The translations under genes were made by a program, and so were the position numbers. A stretch of 64,000 nucleotides of DNA from a virus: positions 114,631 through 178,630 of IMG/VR virus record IMGVR_UViG_3300030329_005082; one strand, 5' to 3'. Of the stretch, positions 22,010 to 30,748 are shown piece by piece. The notes under the pieces were generated by a model. It was not told the DNA's origin and did not search any database. It saw nothing but the letters and a program-made list of their open reading frames with translations. Numbering within the stretch: position 1 is the stretch's first letter; every line of letters starts with the position of its first letter.

Positions 22010-22887
22010 AATTTTAGATACTCCTGTACTTGTTTTTGAATGTTTAGATTTTCTAAAGCATATTCTCTATTTTTGTCGCCCTGAATATAGTCATACTTGT
22101 TTATCTCATAAATGAGACTCTCTTTTGTCACGGGCTGCTGTATCTTTCTTCCCGAACAATTATTTTCTAAAAAACCATCAATGTTGTGAGATGTTACGAT
22201 GCCGTCCATAAGTCCCGGTTGATATGGTCTTTGGTCGGCAATTAGAACGGGCTTTCCGCACGCCATTCCTTCATACGCCCCGCGACCGAGGCTTACTACC
22301 AGATCTGCTGTTTTTATCACATTTTGGATGTCAAGTCGTGGTGAGGTGAATTTATTGTTATACTCTACCGTTATTCCTAATTCAGACCCAATCTCTAATA
22401 ACATCTGGTTAAATTGATCCGATTGCGATAAACTAAACATTTTGTTAATATTTTTTGAAGGACTCTGGTCAGGGCAAAAAACTTCGCAATTTATACCGTT
22501 GTGTATCAGAGTTGAGTCAATACCTTTAGAAGATAAATAATCCTGAACTTCTTTAGAAATAGAAACATGTCGTATTCCTGGCACAGGCTGCTCAAGATGT
22601 GGAAAAATACCATGACATGTTTGAATTATATTTGACCCTGGAAATAAATTCAAAACACCATTCACGATAGTTGTGTGGTTTAGAAATGCTACATCATAAG
22701 AATTAGACATCTTATTAATAGAACACCCAAGGTTGGATTTTATCATCTCAGACATAACACCCTCTTGCATGGTGAGAATATCTACATGGTGTCCGAGGCG
22801 AACTAGTTCTTGAGCCATCGTATAAATAAATGTTTCACTACCGCCTAAAGTATGTAAGTGATTTTGTCCTAATAAAATTTTCTTCAT
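22006..22887 (-). CDS. Glycosyltransferase family 4-like (GT-B)
   Basis: MKKILL..GGSETF..LVRLGHHV, IHNGIN, ADLVVSLGRGAYEGMACGKPV. Start MKKIL at 22887 overlaps the upstream stop (TAATG). Confidence 0.85.
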   Translation of the reverse strand: MKKILLGQNHLHTLGGSETFIYTMAQELVRLGHHVDILTMQEGVMSEMIKSNLGCSINKMSNSYDVAFLNHTTIVNGVLNLFPGSNIIQTCHGIFPHLEQPVPGIRHVSISKEVQDYLSSKGIDSTLIHNGINCEVFCPDQSPSKNINKMFSLSQSDQFNQMLLEIGSELGITVEYNNKFTSPRLDIQNVIKTADLVVSLGRGAYEGMACGKPVLIADQRPYQPGLMDGIVTSHNIDGFLENNCSGRKIQQPVTKESLIYEINKYDYIQGDKNREYALENLNIQKQVQEYLKL

Positions 22888-24113
22888 TACGAGGTTACTT
22901 GTCCGGAAAGAAAGTAAAAGTTCCACAACATAGAGTATAAAACCTCATCGGAGATTAGCTTGTCTCTGGTATTACTGTGAGTATGTTTTAGAGACCCTTT
23001 TGTGTCATCTAGTTTTGATGATAGGACTAAAGATTCTGCATGATACAAATATACATCAGCACCAGCATAATAAACCTTGTGACCTAATTGAGAAACTCTT
23101 AGGCAAAGATCTGCATCTTGATAACTGCAAGCAAGGGTTTGACAGAAGCCACCAATCTCTACAAATGTTTCAAGATCAATAATTTGAAATGCACCTGTAA
23201 CAAACTTTGTTTCTCTGTTGGTATTAACCTTGTGGTTATTTTTGTCGCTAAATCTTCCATAATGAACCGGAGACATAAAAATATGTGCTTGATCTCTCAA
23301 GAATGGTGTAGTCACTACATAAGTTCCGCCACCATACTGAACTTTGCCGAAAACACCACGCTCACGAACGGATTCCTCGGAGGTTTGGAAATCTTTTGCT
23401 AATTCTCTGTAGGTTTTATCTTCATCTATAAGATGGCAAAATCCCGTCTCAGGATATAATAATTTTGCACCAGTTATTTTAGTGCCTGTCTTTTTTGCTT
23501 TAGCGTGGGTTTTCAACAGTGTTGGTACAGCTTTTTTATTAGGAGCCCATAGATCAGCATTCCACAAAATAATATCTTCATGCCCCAGGCGATGGTATAA
23601 GAAAGCCCCTATATTATTGAGCATAGAAAAGTTAAAAACATCCGACGCATAATCAACCCTAATATAAACTGCGCCGTGGCGGTTAGCAAGTTGTTCTATT
23701 TCTTCTGGTTCTTCGGATCTGTCGTCAATAACTGTAACATTGGCAACATTGTTTACACCCATCTCCTCAATATTTTGCAAAGTAAATTCTAAGAGATTTA
23801 CATTATCTTTAATAGGAAGCAAGAGTCCTGGCTTATCAGGATCTATATTCTTAAGGTTTTGATAAGTTACTTTATATTCTACATTCTTGCCGGCAAACGG
23901 GTAATTGCCAACTGAATTAGATTCTAGAATTTCAACATAATTGGATATCCTGGGGTATACGTCTCTCTTTGAATGGACTATTGAAATCTCATCCTGCTGG
24001 AATTCTACTTGAATTTTATTGACTTCTGATAGCGCCTCTTTATTCAATCCCTCATTTTGGGAAAAAATATCACAGTTCAAGTATTTGTGCGTCGTCGGTT
24101 TCTCCCGAAGCAT
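22887..24113 (-). CDS. Glycosyltransferase family 2
   Basis: VIDDRS, FNFSMLNNIG, ILWNADL, VTGAFQII..F..IGGF, YQDADLCLR. Start uncertain. Confidence 0.8.
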   Translation of the reverse strand: MLREKPTTHKYLNCDIFSQNEGLNKEALSEVNKIQVEFQQDEISIVHSKRDVYPRISNYVEILESNSVGNYPFAGKNVEYKVTYQNLKNIDPDKPGLLLPIKDNVNLLEFTLQNIEEMGVNNVANVTVIDDRSEEPEEIEQLANRHGAVYIRVDYASDVFNFSMLNNIGAFLYHRLGHEDIILWNADLWAPNKKAVPTLLKTHAKAKKTGTKITGAKLLYPETGFCHLIDEDKTYRELAKDFQTSEESVRERGVFGKVQYGGGTYVVTTPFLRDQAHIFMSPVHYGRFSDKNNHKVNTNRETKFVTGAFQIIDLETFVEIGGFCQTLACSYQDADLCLRVSQLGHKVYYAGADVYLYHAESLVLSSKLDDTKGSLKHTHSNTRDKLISDEVLYSMLWNFYFLSGQVTS

Positions 24114-25344
24114 TTAGACTCCCCATCTGATTTATAACTCTATAATACATCTCGTTGATATTTTCTTGAGAGAACTTATTGCGTATATGTTCTCCCAATA
24201 ATGCTGCATCTTTTTTATTAGTAATAGGAGATGTCACTAAGTTTCTAAGGTTTTTCTGTAATGATTCATTTTTAGGATAACACCATTCACATTCTGGAGT
24301 AATCAATCCTGGCATAAGGTGATCTTGTTTTACTTTCTCAATATCATACGATGTTTTTAAAAACAAGTTCTTTCTTTTTGTTTTTCCGCTTTTTTCATTT
24401 GTAACCGGGGCATGTAAAAAGTCCATATGACCCGACCATGAAGGAGCAATGACTGGAATGTCGGCACATACGGCATTGAAAATTGGTATACCGAAACCTT
24501 CGCCGTGAGCATGTGAAACATAACCTGTAATAACATCCGGATCATAAAGAGAGAACACTTCCTCTTGAGAAAGGTTGCCATGAATTAGATGAACTTTACA
24601 CTTGTGCTCTGGTGATTTGAAATTCAAGTACTTCTTCAACAAGTCCTTGGTCATCTTTTCATCTATTCGGCTATTGTTCCTCATATAAGTCTTTAGGATA
24701 AATGAGGCATCTTCATCATCATTGAATTCATCCAAGAACGAACCAAGCATTTCAAAGATGTTTTTACGTGGAGCAAGCTGCGACACGCACAAGAAATTTT
24801 TGCTCGTAGTGATGGCTTCGTAACCGGAAAATTTTTCTCTTTCTTGAGGAAGGTTGTTATAGAAAGGAATAACCTCAATAGGCGTCCTAATTTTTTCATT
24901 TGTTTGGCTGTCAACGGCTTTCAAGAGGTTTTCTCTAGCATGGTTGGAAACCACAAGAATCTTTTGAACCATATTACAGTTAGCAATCCACTCTTTAGGA
25001 GCAGCCACGGTTTCCAAAGCGGCAGTCACCCCGATGTCATAGTTGGTAACTTTGTGCCATTCGTTGGGAGGTCGTACTTGAAAGCAGCAGTCAAAGCCGT
25101 CAGGCATAGAAGTGCCGGTAGACTTCAGAAACTTAAGATACTGCTGGGTATTCTCAATGAGGGGTCCGTACTTGCTGGTATAATCTAGGTTACGGGATGC
25201 TTCAGCCCACTGGAGATCAACCAAGTGTACTATATGTTTTTGTGGGCTGGATAAGAGTGCGTCTGCTATTACCCGTGCATGATCGCTGTAACCGCTAACG
25301 TTGCAGAAAGATCCGATGATTAATATTTTCTTTTGTTCCGTCAT
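24070..25344 (-). CDS. Glycosyltransferase family 4
   Basis: SGYSDHAR, PRKNIFEML, HGEGFGIPIFNA..PVIAP.WSGHMDFL. Confidence 0.9.
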   Translation of the reverse strand: MTEQKKILIIGSFCNVSGYSDHARVIADALLSSPQKHIVHLVDLQWAEASRNLDYTSKYGPLIENTQQYLKFLKSTGTSMPDGFDCCFQVRPPNEWHKVTNYDIGVTAALETVAAPKEWIANCNMVQKILVVSNHARENLLKAVDSQTNEKIRTPIEVIPFYNNLPQEREKFSGYEAITTSKNFLCVSQLAPRKNIFEMLGSFLDEFNDDEDASFILKTYMRNNSRIDEKMTKDLLKKYLNFKSPEHKCKVHLIHGNLSQEEVFSLYDPDVITGYVSHAHGEGFGIPIFNAVCADIPVIAPSWSGHMDFLHAPVTNEKSGKTKRKNLFLKTSYDIEKVKQDHLMPGLITPECEWCYPKNESLQKNLRNLVTSPITNKKDAALLGEHIRNKFSQENINEMYYRVINQMGSLNASGETDDAQILEL

Positions 25345-26591
25345 AATTCAGTCATTCTCCATGCTTGGTAGTTCTTACGATTTCCCCACGATCCGTACTT
25401 TTCATGAATCTCTTGAAGAAGATTAACCCAAGAAGTGCCGTAGTTGTCAAAGTTGTAGTTCTTCATGACATGTTCACGTCCTTGTTGACCTAGTTCTTCC
25501 CTTTTTTTCGGAGACATTGCGTAAATCTCATTCAATGCGGAAATGAAATCTTCCTTTGAAACACGATCTTCATAAATGTAAGGAACTTGTTGGGAGCCGA
25601 TGAGGGCTTTGGATGCTGGCTTTAAGCCGATTCCAAACCAGTTTTCCCCATCAGTTAGCTGCTCTTGTAGTCCGCCAGTAAGAGTAGCAATAATCGGTGT
25701 CTCGCTGGCCAATGATTCTAGGGTTGATAATCCGAACCCTTCAGCATCGGCAATATTGACTGTACAATCAGCAATGCCATAAAGCTTTGCTAGATCTTCT
25801 GCCGGCAAACCTTCCTTAGAGAAGATAACCTCTGAGTTGACAAGTCCATAATGTTCTGCTAAGTACTCAAGTGGTTGTCCATGCGGATCATCTGGTTTTG
25901 TGTGCATAATCAAACAGGCGCTGTCTTGATCTATGTGATCCTGCTTCAGGAATTCACTAAACCAATGGATGAGTGTCCCGCTCTGCTTCCTTCTAGCATT
26001 TCTATTATTCCAGAAAACAATAAATTTGTCTTTTAGAGCTTTGTTGTTTTTTAATACGTCTGCTCTTTCTGATGCCGATATTTTCCGGAAAATGTCTACT
26101 GGCACAGCGTGAGGCAAATAAACCTCGTGAACATCCGGAGATACGTTTTGAACAATATCACTGGTGACTTTTGAAATTGTCACTATTACATCATTTGAAT
26201 CGTAAAACTTCTTATTATACATGGGCAGCGGATAATTGTCCCATACATGATAATAAATCATGGGGATATTTTGGCGAATATCTTCCTCAAACATCCACAA
26301 CCACTCATAATATCTTGGATCAGTCATAAACCAAAGCATATCTGGCTTAACTTGATTGATTAATCCTAGAATTTGCTGCTTATCGCCGTAACCATCTACA
26401 GGAAGAATGTGCCAATGCTCTTCCTTCTTCATCAAATTGTAATTCGGATGTTTAATAGCTCCACCAAGTGAAAATACTTCAAACTTTCCGGACTTCAGAA
26501 GAGCCTCAATCATATACTTTGTTTGTGTACCAACACCTGATGGCAGTAAAGGGTGGTCACTAATCGTCATGACCTTGATTCTATCTGACAA
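25341..26591 (-). CDS. Glycosyltransferase family 4
   Basis: SDHPLLPSGVGTQ, NRNARRKQ, AEGFGLSTLESLA.ETPII. Confidence 0.9.
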   Translation of the reverse strand: MSDRIKVMTISDHPLLPSGVGTQTKYMIEALLKSGKFEVFSLGGAIKHPNYNLMKKEEHWHILPVDGYGDKQQILGLINQVKPDMLWFMTDPRYYEWLWMFEEDIRQNIPMIYYHVWDNYPLPMYNKKFYDSNDVIVTISKVTSDIVQNVSPDVHEVYLPHAVPVDIFRKISASERADVLKNNKALKDKFIVFWNNRNARRKQSGTLIHWFSEFLKQDHIDQDSACLIMHTKPDDPHGQPLEYLAEHYGLVNSEVIFSKEGLPAEDLAKLYGIADCTVNIADAEGFGLSTLESLASETPIIATLTGGLQEQLTDGENWFGIGLKPASKALIGSQQVPYIYEDRVSKEDFISALNEIYAMSPKKREELGQQGREHVMKNYNFDNYGTSWVNLLQEIHEKYGSWGNRKNYQAWRMTEL

Positions 26592-26600
26592 TTTTATCTC

Positions 26601-27440
26601 CTATGAACAATATTCTGTCTTATAAAACTCACAAGTGCCAAATCTATCTTTACAGTTTGTGCAAGAATTTCGGTTCTTGATGTAGTTTTCCTTTGTGATA
26701 TTATGCAATGCTTTCGTCAAGGCGTTAAGTGCATCGGTAGTTCTTTTCTTGCCGGCAGTCACCCGCACGAACTCGGCTTTCTTGCCAACCTTCGCAGTTC
26801 GCTTGAGCAAAACGAAGTGACAGTCAACGTCTTTGGGGTCAACTTCGTACTTCTGGGCATAGAAGTGTTTATAGAATACGAGTTGGTAGGCGAGGATTTT
26901 GTCACTCTTCTTTTCACGTCGCCAACCCCAGGAGCAGGTCTTCCAGTCAATCAGGTGGATTTTCTCATCCTTCTTAGAATAGACCACAAGATCAATAAAG
27001 CCTTTGAACTTTTTTTCTGCTTCCGTGAATTCTGTGATGGGCTCGTAGAGTTGTTCTTCGGCTGCCAGCACTTCCCAGTCCTCACCGAGTTTACCGAACT
27101 TGTCGGCAAGACAACGATAAAGGTCAGGAATGATTTCAATACCATTTACCAACCACTCTTTGAGGGCGAAATCTCTTTTAGCTTCTAATTGGGCATCATC
27201 GGGCAGGGCGTTGAGTTCTGCGATAAACTGCTCTTTAACCAGCGCCATGATGGCACCTTGAGATTTGTACTTTTCGGGGGAAGTCAAAGTAAATTCACAA
27301 ACAGTGTGAATGGCTTTCCCGAAAGCCGTGTAGATGTTGCCCTCAAACTGAGCTACTTTGTCAATATATGTAAGCTTGTGATAATGAGGACAAATGTGCC
27401 AATTCCGCCACTCGGAATAGGAGATGTGTTTGCCTGCCAT
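26601..27440 (-). CDS. PD-(D/E)XK exonuclease, Cas4/RecB-like, probable Fe-S cluster
   Basis: ISYSEW..W..CP, GKAIH, GFIDLV, LIDWKT, C-terminal CxxC...C.......C. Confidence 0.85.
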   Translation of the reverse strand: MAGKHISYSEWRNWHICPHYHKLTYIDKVAQFEGNIYTAFGKAIHTVCEFTLTSPEKYKSQGAIMALVKEQFIAELNALPDDAQLEAKRDFALKEWLVNGIEIIPDLYRCLADKFGKLGEDWEVLAAEEQLYEPITEFTEAEKKFKGFIDLVVYSKKDEKIHLIDWKTCSWGWRREKKSDKILAYQLVFYKHFYAQKYEVDPKDVDCHFVLLKRTAKVGKKAEFVRVTAGKKRTTDALNALTKALHNITKENYIKNRNSCTNCKDRFGTCEFYKTEYCS

Positions 27441-27452
27441 GTGATCTCTTTC

Positions 27453-28112
27453 TTAGAGATTGTGTAAATTCTCTATCTTATTATACAACAAAGGACTGAT
27501 TTTGAATAGTGTTTCTTTGTTTCCCATGTAAAAAGCTTCAAAACCCGTTGCAAAATATTCCCTGAGAGATACAGATGCATATGGTCTTACGAAGAGTCCA
27601 GCGGTGGATAACTTCAGCATATTTCCACCAACCCTATCATATAAGAACATATCTAAGTCCTTATTGTATTTAATATCTGTAAAATCATACTCTTCGGTCC
27701 AGTAACCCTCTGCACGCAATTCTGCTTCTAACATCTTTCGCTTCTTTAGAAATTCTGACTGGATCTCACCATCGTCATAGATCTCTTTTACATATTCTGT
27801 CTCTAGGTGATGAGCCATCTCATGAATCAAATCATCCAGAAGATCAACTAATTTATCCTGTTTGTCTGACAAATAAAGCCAATCGTTAGAATATAGGGCT
27901 GATATGTTCCTATCGTCAAATTCTTCTCTATGGGCAATTTCAACCCCTTTGAGCCCTTTGAAATAATGTGAAGGAAACTTATCTTCAACTGCTCTAAACA
28001 CAGGGGAGAAGTCTACGCCGTCTTCTGCTGGTTCTTCTTGATTAACTACAACATTCCCAAATCTAAAATGTCGGGTAGTGTTTTTAGTTTTTTCAAGAAT
28101 GTATTCTCTCAT
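27453..28112 (-). CDS. Zincin-like metallopeptidase-fold protein
   Basis: LIHEMAHHLE (HExxH), SLREYFATGFE. Confidence 0.6.
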   Translation of the reverse strand: MREYILEKTKNTTRHFRFGNVVVNQEEPAEDGVDFSPVFRAVEDKFPSHYFKGLKGVEIAHREEFDDRNISALYSNDWLYLSDKQDKLVDLLDDLIHEMAHHLETEYVKEIYDDGEIQSEFLKKRKMLEAELRAEGYWTEEYDFTDIKYNKDLDMFLYDRVGGNMLKLSTAGLFVRPYASVSLREYFATGFEAFYMGNKETLFKISPLLYNKIENLHNL

Positions 28113-29410
28113 AATATCTCTGCTGCCAAGGTTGCTAGTTTGGATCTTTCACCTTTATAAAGAGTTACGTGACCAGAAATTTCATAATTCTTAAATTTTT
28201 CAACAGCGTGTGTAAGCCCATTAGATACAGCATCCACATAAGAATTATCTATTTGCTGCACATCTCCTGTTAGAATAAGTTTGGTTCCGTGTCCTACTCG
28301 TGTGATTATAGTCTTAAGTTCGTGTGCCGTTAAGTTCTGAGCCTCATCAACAATTATAAAAGCGTTAGAGATTGAACGGCCTCGTATAAATGTCATGGCT
28401 TCAATTTCAATAATCCCTTGTTCCATTTGAATATCTAGAGCCATCCTATCCCCATAGAGATGTTCTAAATTATCTCTCAAAGGAGCAATCCATGGAGCCA
28501 TCTTTTCTTCAAGTGTGCCTGGGAGGAATCCTATATCGCGACCCATCGGCTGAACTGGTCTTGTAATGATAAGTTTATCGTACCCACCTGAGTTTCTAGT
28601 AGTATTGATAACTTGTTCTAGACCGCAAGCAGCAGCCAACAAAGTCTTGCCTGTGCCGGCAGGTCCTGTCATTGATACAATTTGAATATCCCTGTTGAAC
28701 AAGAGATTCATTGCAAATTCTTGTTCTTTATTCTTTGCAGACAATCCCCATATGTTTTTATACTTTACAAGCTTTTTCAATGGAGTATTGTGATTCTTGA
28801 ACTCACAAACAGCAGATTTAGTACTAGACTTGCTTTTGAGAATTATGAATTGATTAGGGTGTAATAACGCGTCCTCCGGCAGAAAAACATCATCACCTTC
28901 ATAAAATTTATTGATTACATCTTCATCCACTTGTATAGTTGTACACCCATCGTACAAATTCTTTACAGAACTGATTACTTTTTGTGGCTGATAGTCTTCG
29001 CACTTAATTCCAAATGAATCACACTTGACTCGCATATTGATATCACGAGAAACAACTGTAAGCTCATGACCTTCGGATATAAGTTTTTTTGCTGTGGCAA
29101 TGATTTTATTATCTGAGTCTTGACTATTCATACCTTCTGGTAAGAAAGTCTTATCAAATTGTGCTGCAAACAACCTGCCTTTTCCTCTGCCAAGGGCAAC
29201 GCCATCAAGCAGACTACCCTTTGAGCGGAGACCATCCAGAAACTTGTTGGTCACTCTGGCATTTAACCCTGGTGTATCTTGTCTGTGTTTGTGTTTATCT
29301 ATTTCATCCAGAACAATTGTAGGGATGGCTATATTACTCTTGCCAAAGGATAAGATTGAGCGAACTTCAGTTAGTAAAACATTTGTATCTAATAGTACTG
29401 TTTTGGTCAA
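28109..29410 (-). CDS. phoH: PhoH family protein (PIN + ATPase)
   Basis: VLLDTNVL (PIN), GPAGTGKT Walker A, FIRGRS, IIVDEAQN, LTGDVQQID; TTG start after AGGAGG. Confidence 0.95.
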   Translation of the reverse strand: MTKTVLLDTNVLLTEVRSILSFGKSNIAIPTIVLDEIDKHKHRQDTPGLNARVTNKFLDGLRSKGSLLDGVALGRGKGRLFAAQFDKTFLPEGMNSQDSDNKIIATAKKLISEGHELTVVSRDINMRVKCDSFGIKCEDYQPQKVISSVKNLYDGCTTIQVDEDVINKFYEGDDVFLPEDALLHPNQFIILKSKSSTKSAVCEFKNHNTPLKKLVKYKNIWGLSAKNKEQEFAMNLLFNRDIQIVSMTGPAGTGKTLLAAACGLEQVINTTRNSGGYDKLIITRPVQPMGRDIGFLPGTLEEKMAPWIAPLRDNLEHLYGDRMALDIQMEQGIIEIEAMTFIRGRSISNAFIIVDEAQNLTAHELKTIITRVGHGTKLILTGDVQQIDNSYVDAVSNGLTHAVEKFKNYEISGHVTLYKGERSKLATLAAEIL

Positions 29411-29452
29411 TTTTTGACCTCCTTGTCTATAATAATAAATAGTTGTTTAGAC

Positions 29453-29478
29453 AAAGAAAAAGCCGCCCGAAGGCGGCT
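29453..29478 (-). terminator. Intrinsic terminator abutting the tmRNA 3' end
   Basis: AGCCGCC-TTCG-GGCGGCT followed by TTTTCTTT on the minus strand. Confidence 0.9.
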
Positions 29479-29800
29479 GGTGGAGGTAGGGAGAATTGAA
29501 CTCCCGTCTTGTCTAGTTCCATAAAAAGGTCATTTACAAGGTTAGTAGTGCTTTTATCGTCGGCAAAACACTTGACTAGATCATTTTACTTCTGGTGAAA
29601 ATAATCAAAAACACTTAGGAATTCAAATATGGCTTTCTGTTTATTGGCTGCCACCGCCTCAAACATCGTCAGGTTATTAAGCTGCGAGTGCTAGTTGAAA
29701 ATCGTCGTTTGCGATTATTAGATAAGCGTTTTTAGTGAGCCACGCTTCCCTCACCCTTGCACCTTTTTTACTTTCCTATCAATCGATCCCGGTTACCCCC
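29478..29800 (-). ncRNA. ssrA: tmRNA, tag peptide (A)ANDDFQLALAA
   Basis: 5' GGGGGTA pairs with 3' TACCTCC-ACCA including G3:U70; T-arm GGGAG-TTCAATT-CTCCC; resume context ATAATC-GCA; tag ORF 29712-29677 ending TAA TAA; 323 nt. Confidence 0.95.
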
Positions 29801-29810
29801 TTGTAATATT

Positions 29811-29839
29811 ACTTTAGTATATAACGAAAGATTTGTCAA
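29811..29839 (-). promoter_or_regulatory. Sigma70-type promoter of tmRNA
   Basis: TTGACA-17 nt-TAAAGT, 10 nt upstream of the mature 5' end. Confidence 0.7.
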
Positions 29840-29939
29840 GTTATTTACCTTCATAATATGCTAGCAATTGCTGTCATGGCTTTCAAAGCTCACAATAGCA
29901 GTATAATAGTTAAAAAAGAAGTGTTAAGTTAAAACTGAA

Positions 29940-30728
29940 TTAAAATTCTAAATCCAAATCAAATTCTTCTTCGGCATCCTCGGCTGCCTCATCTTCAACT
30001 TGGTCTAGATCTTCTTTTTCTTTTTCTGCTTCATATTCGGGGGTTGTGACATCTGGGAGAGTGGTTGTCAAATCATTTTCAAACTTATCAAAGTATAACA
30101 GCAAGTTTGTGATCAAATAATCATAGAACAAATCTCTATCTTGGTCATCTGCCAGCATGTCGTATGCATCTACTATTTGTTTTTCTACTCTTTTAAAAGT
30201 ATCAGCAGCAAAGTTTCTGCCGGTTTCGTTCTGATCTTCTATTTGAACGAAATCATCTTCCTCTTTTTCGTCTTCAATATCAATAAACTCGCCATCTAAA
30301 TCTTCTAGCTCTTCATCGCCATCAATAACAATATCAACATCTTCAGATAGTATATCTTCGTTTATTTCATAAACTACACTCTCTCCGAGATCCTCAGCAT
30401 CAGTAGTAACCTCAATTGGACGCAAGGCACCCTTGACGGCATGAACTAAATGATTACGAAAAGATTCTCTCTGTTCAACAGATGTAGTTAGCATCAAATA
30501 ATCATCTTCAATGGTGGGAATAATATTCTTAAGAAGATCAGCCAAGACATTGATACCAGTATAAGTGCTGGGTTCCTCAGTGCCGGTTTCGGCTTCAACT
30601 AACAAAGTCCTAATAACTGATCTCAGTTGGGATTCTTGCTCATGAATTGATTTAAGACGATCCTTTAGTTTTCCGCGAACATATTCGCGAATCAACTGCT
30701 CAGCTATTAAGGTTTCTCTGCTTATCAT
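29940..30728 (-). CDS. Acidic hypothetical protein (possible head core/scaffold-like)
   Basis: 262 aa, very D/E-rich; LIREYV..., QLRSVIRTLLVEAE resembles the tag family at 56-60 kb. Confidence 0.75.
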   Translation of the reverse strand: MISRETLIAEQLIREYVRGKLKDRLKSIHEQESQLRSVIRTLLVEAETGTEEPSTYTGINVLADLLKNIIPTIEDDYLMLTTSVEQRESFRNHLVHAVKGALRPIEVTTDAEDLGESVVYEINEDILSEDVDIVIDGDEELEDLDGEFIDIEDEKEEDDFVQIEDQNETGRNFAADTFKRVEKQIVDAYDMLADDQDRDLFYDYLITNLLLYFDKFENDLTTTLPDVTTPEYEAEKEKEDLDQVEDEAAEDAEEEFDLDLEF

Positions 30729-30748
30729 AGTTAAAAAATCCTCTATAA

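Noticed and set aside
26601-27440. Cas4-like nuclease suggesting a CRISPR system
   Set aside because: No repeat-spacer array, cas1/cas2 or effector genes seen; stand-alone Cas4-like exonucleases are routine in large phages.
29845-29935. Possible small RNA between the tmRNA promoter and the upstream gene
   Set aside because: Only weak, bulged pairing in AT-rich sequence; no recognisable motif or terminator.
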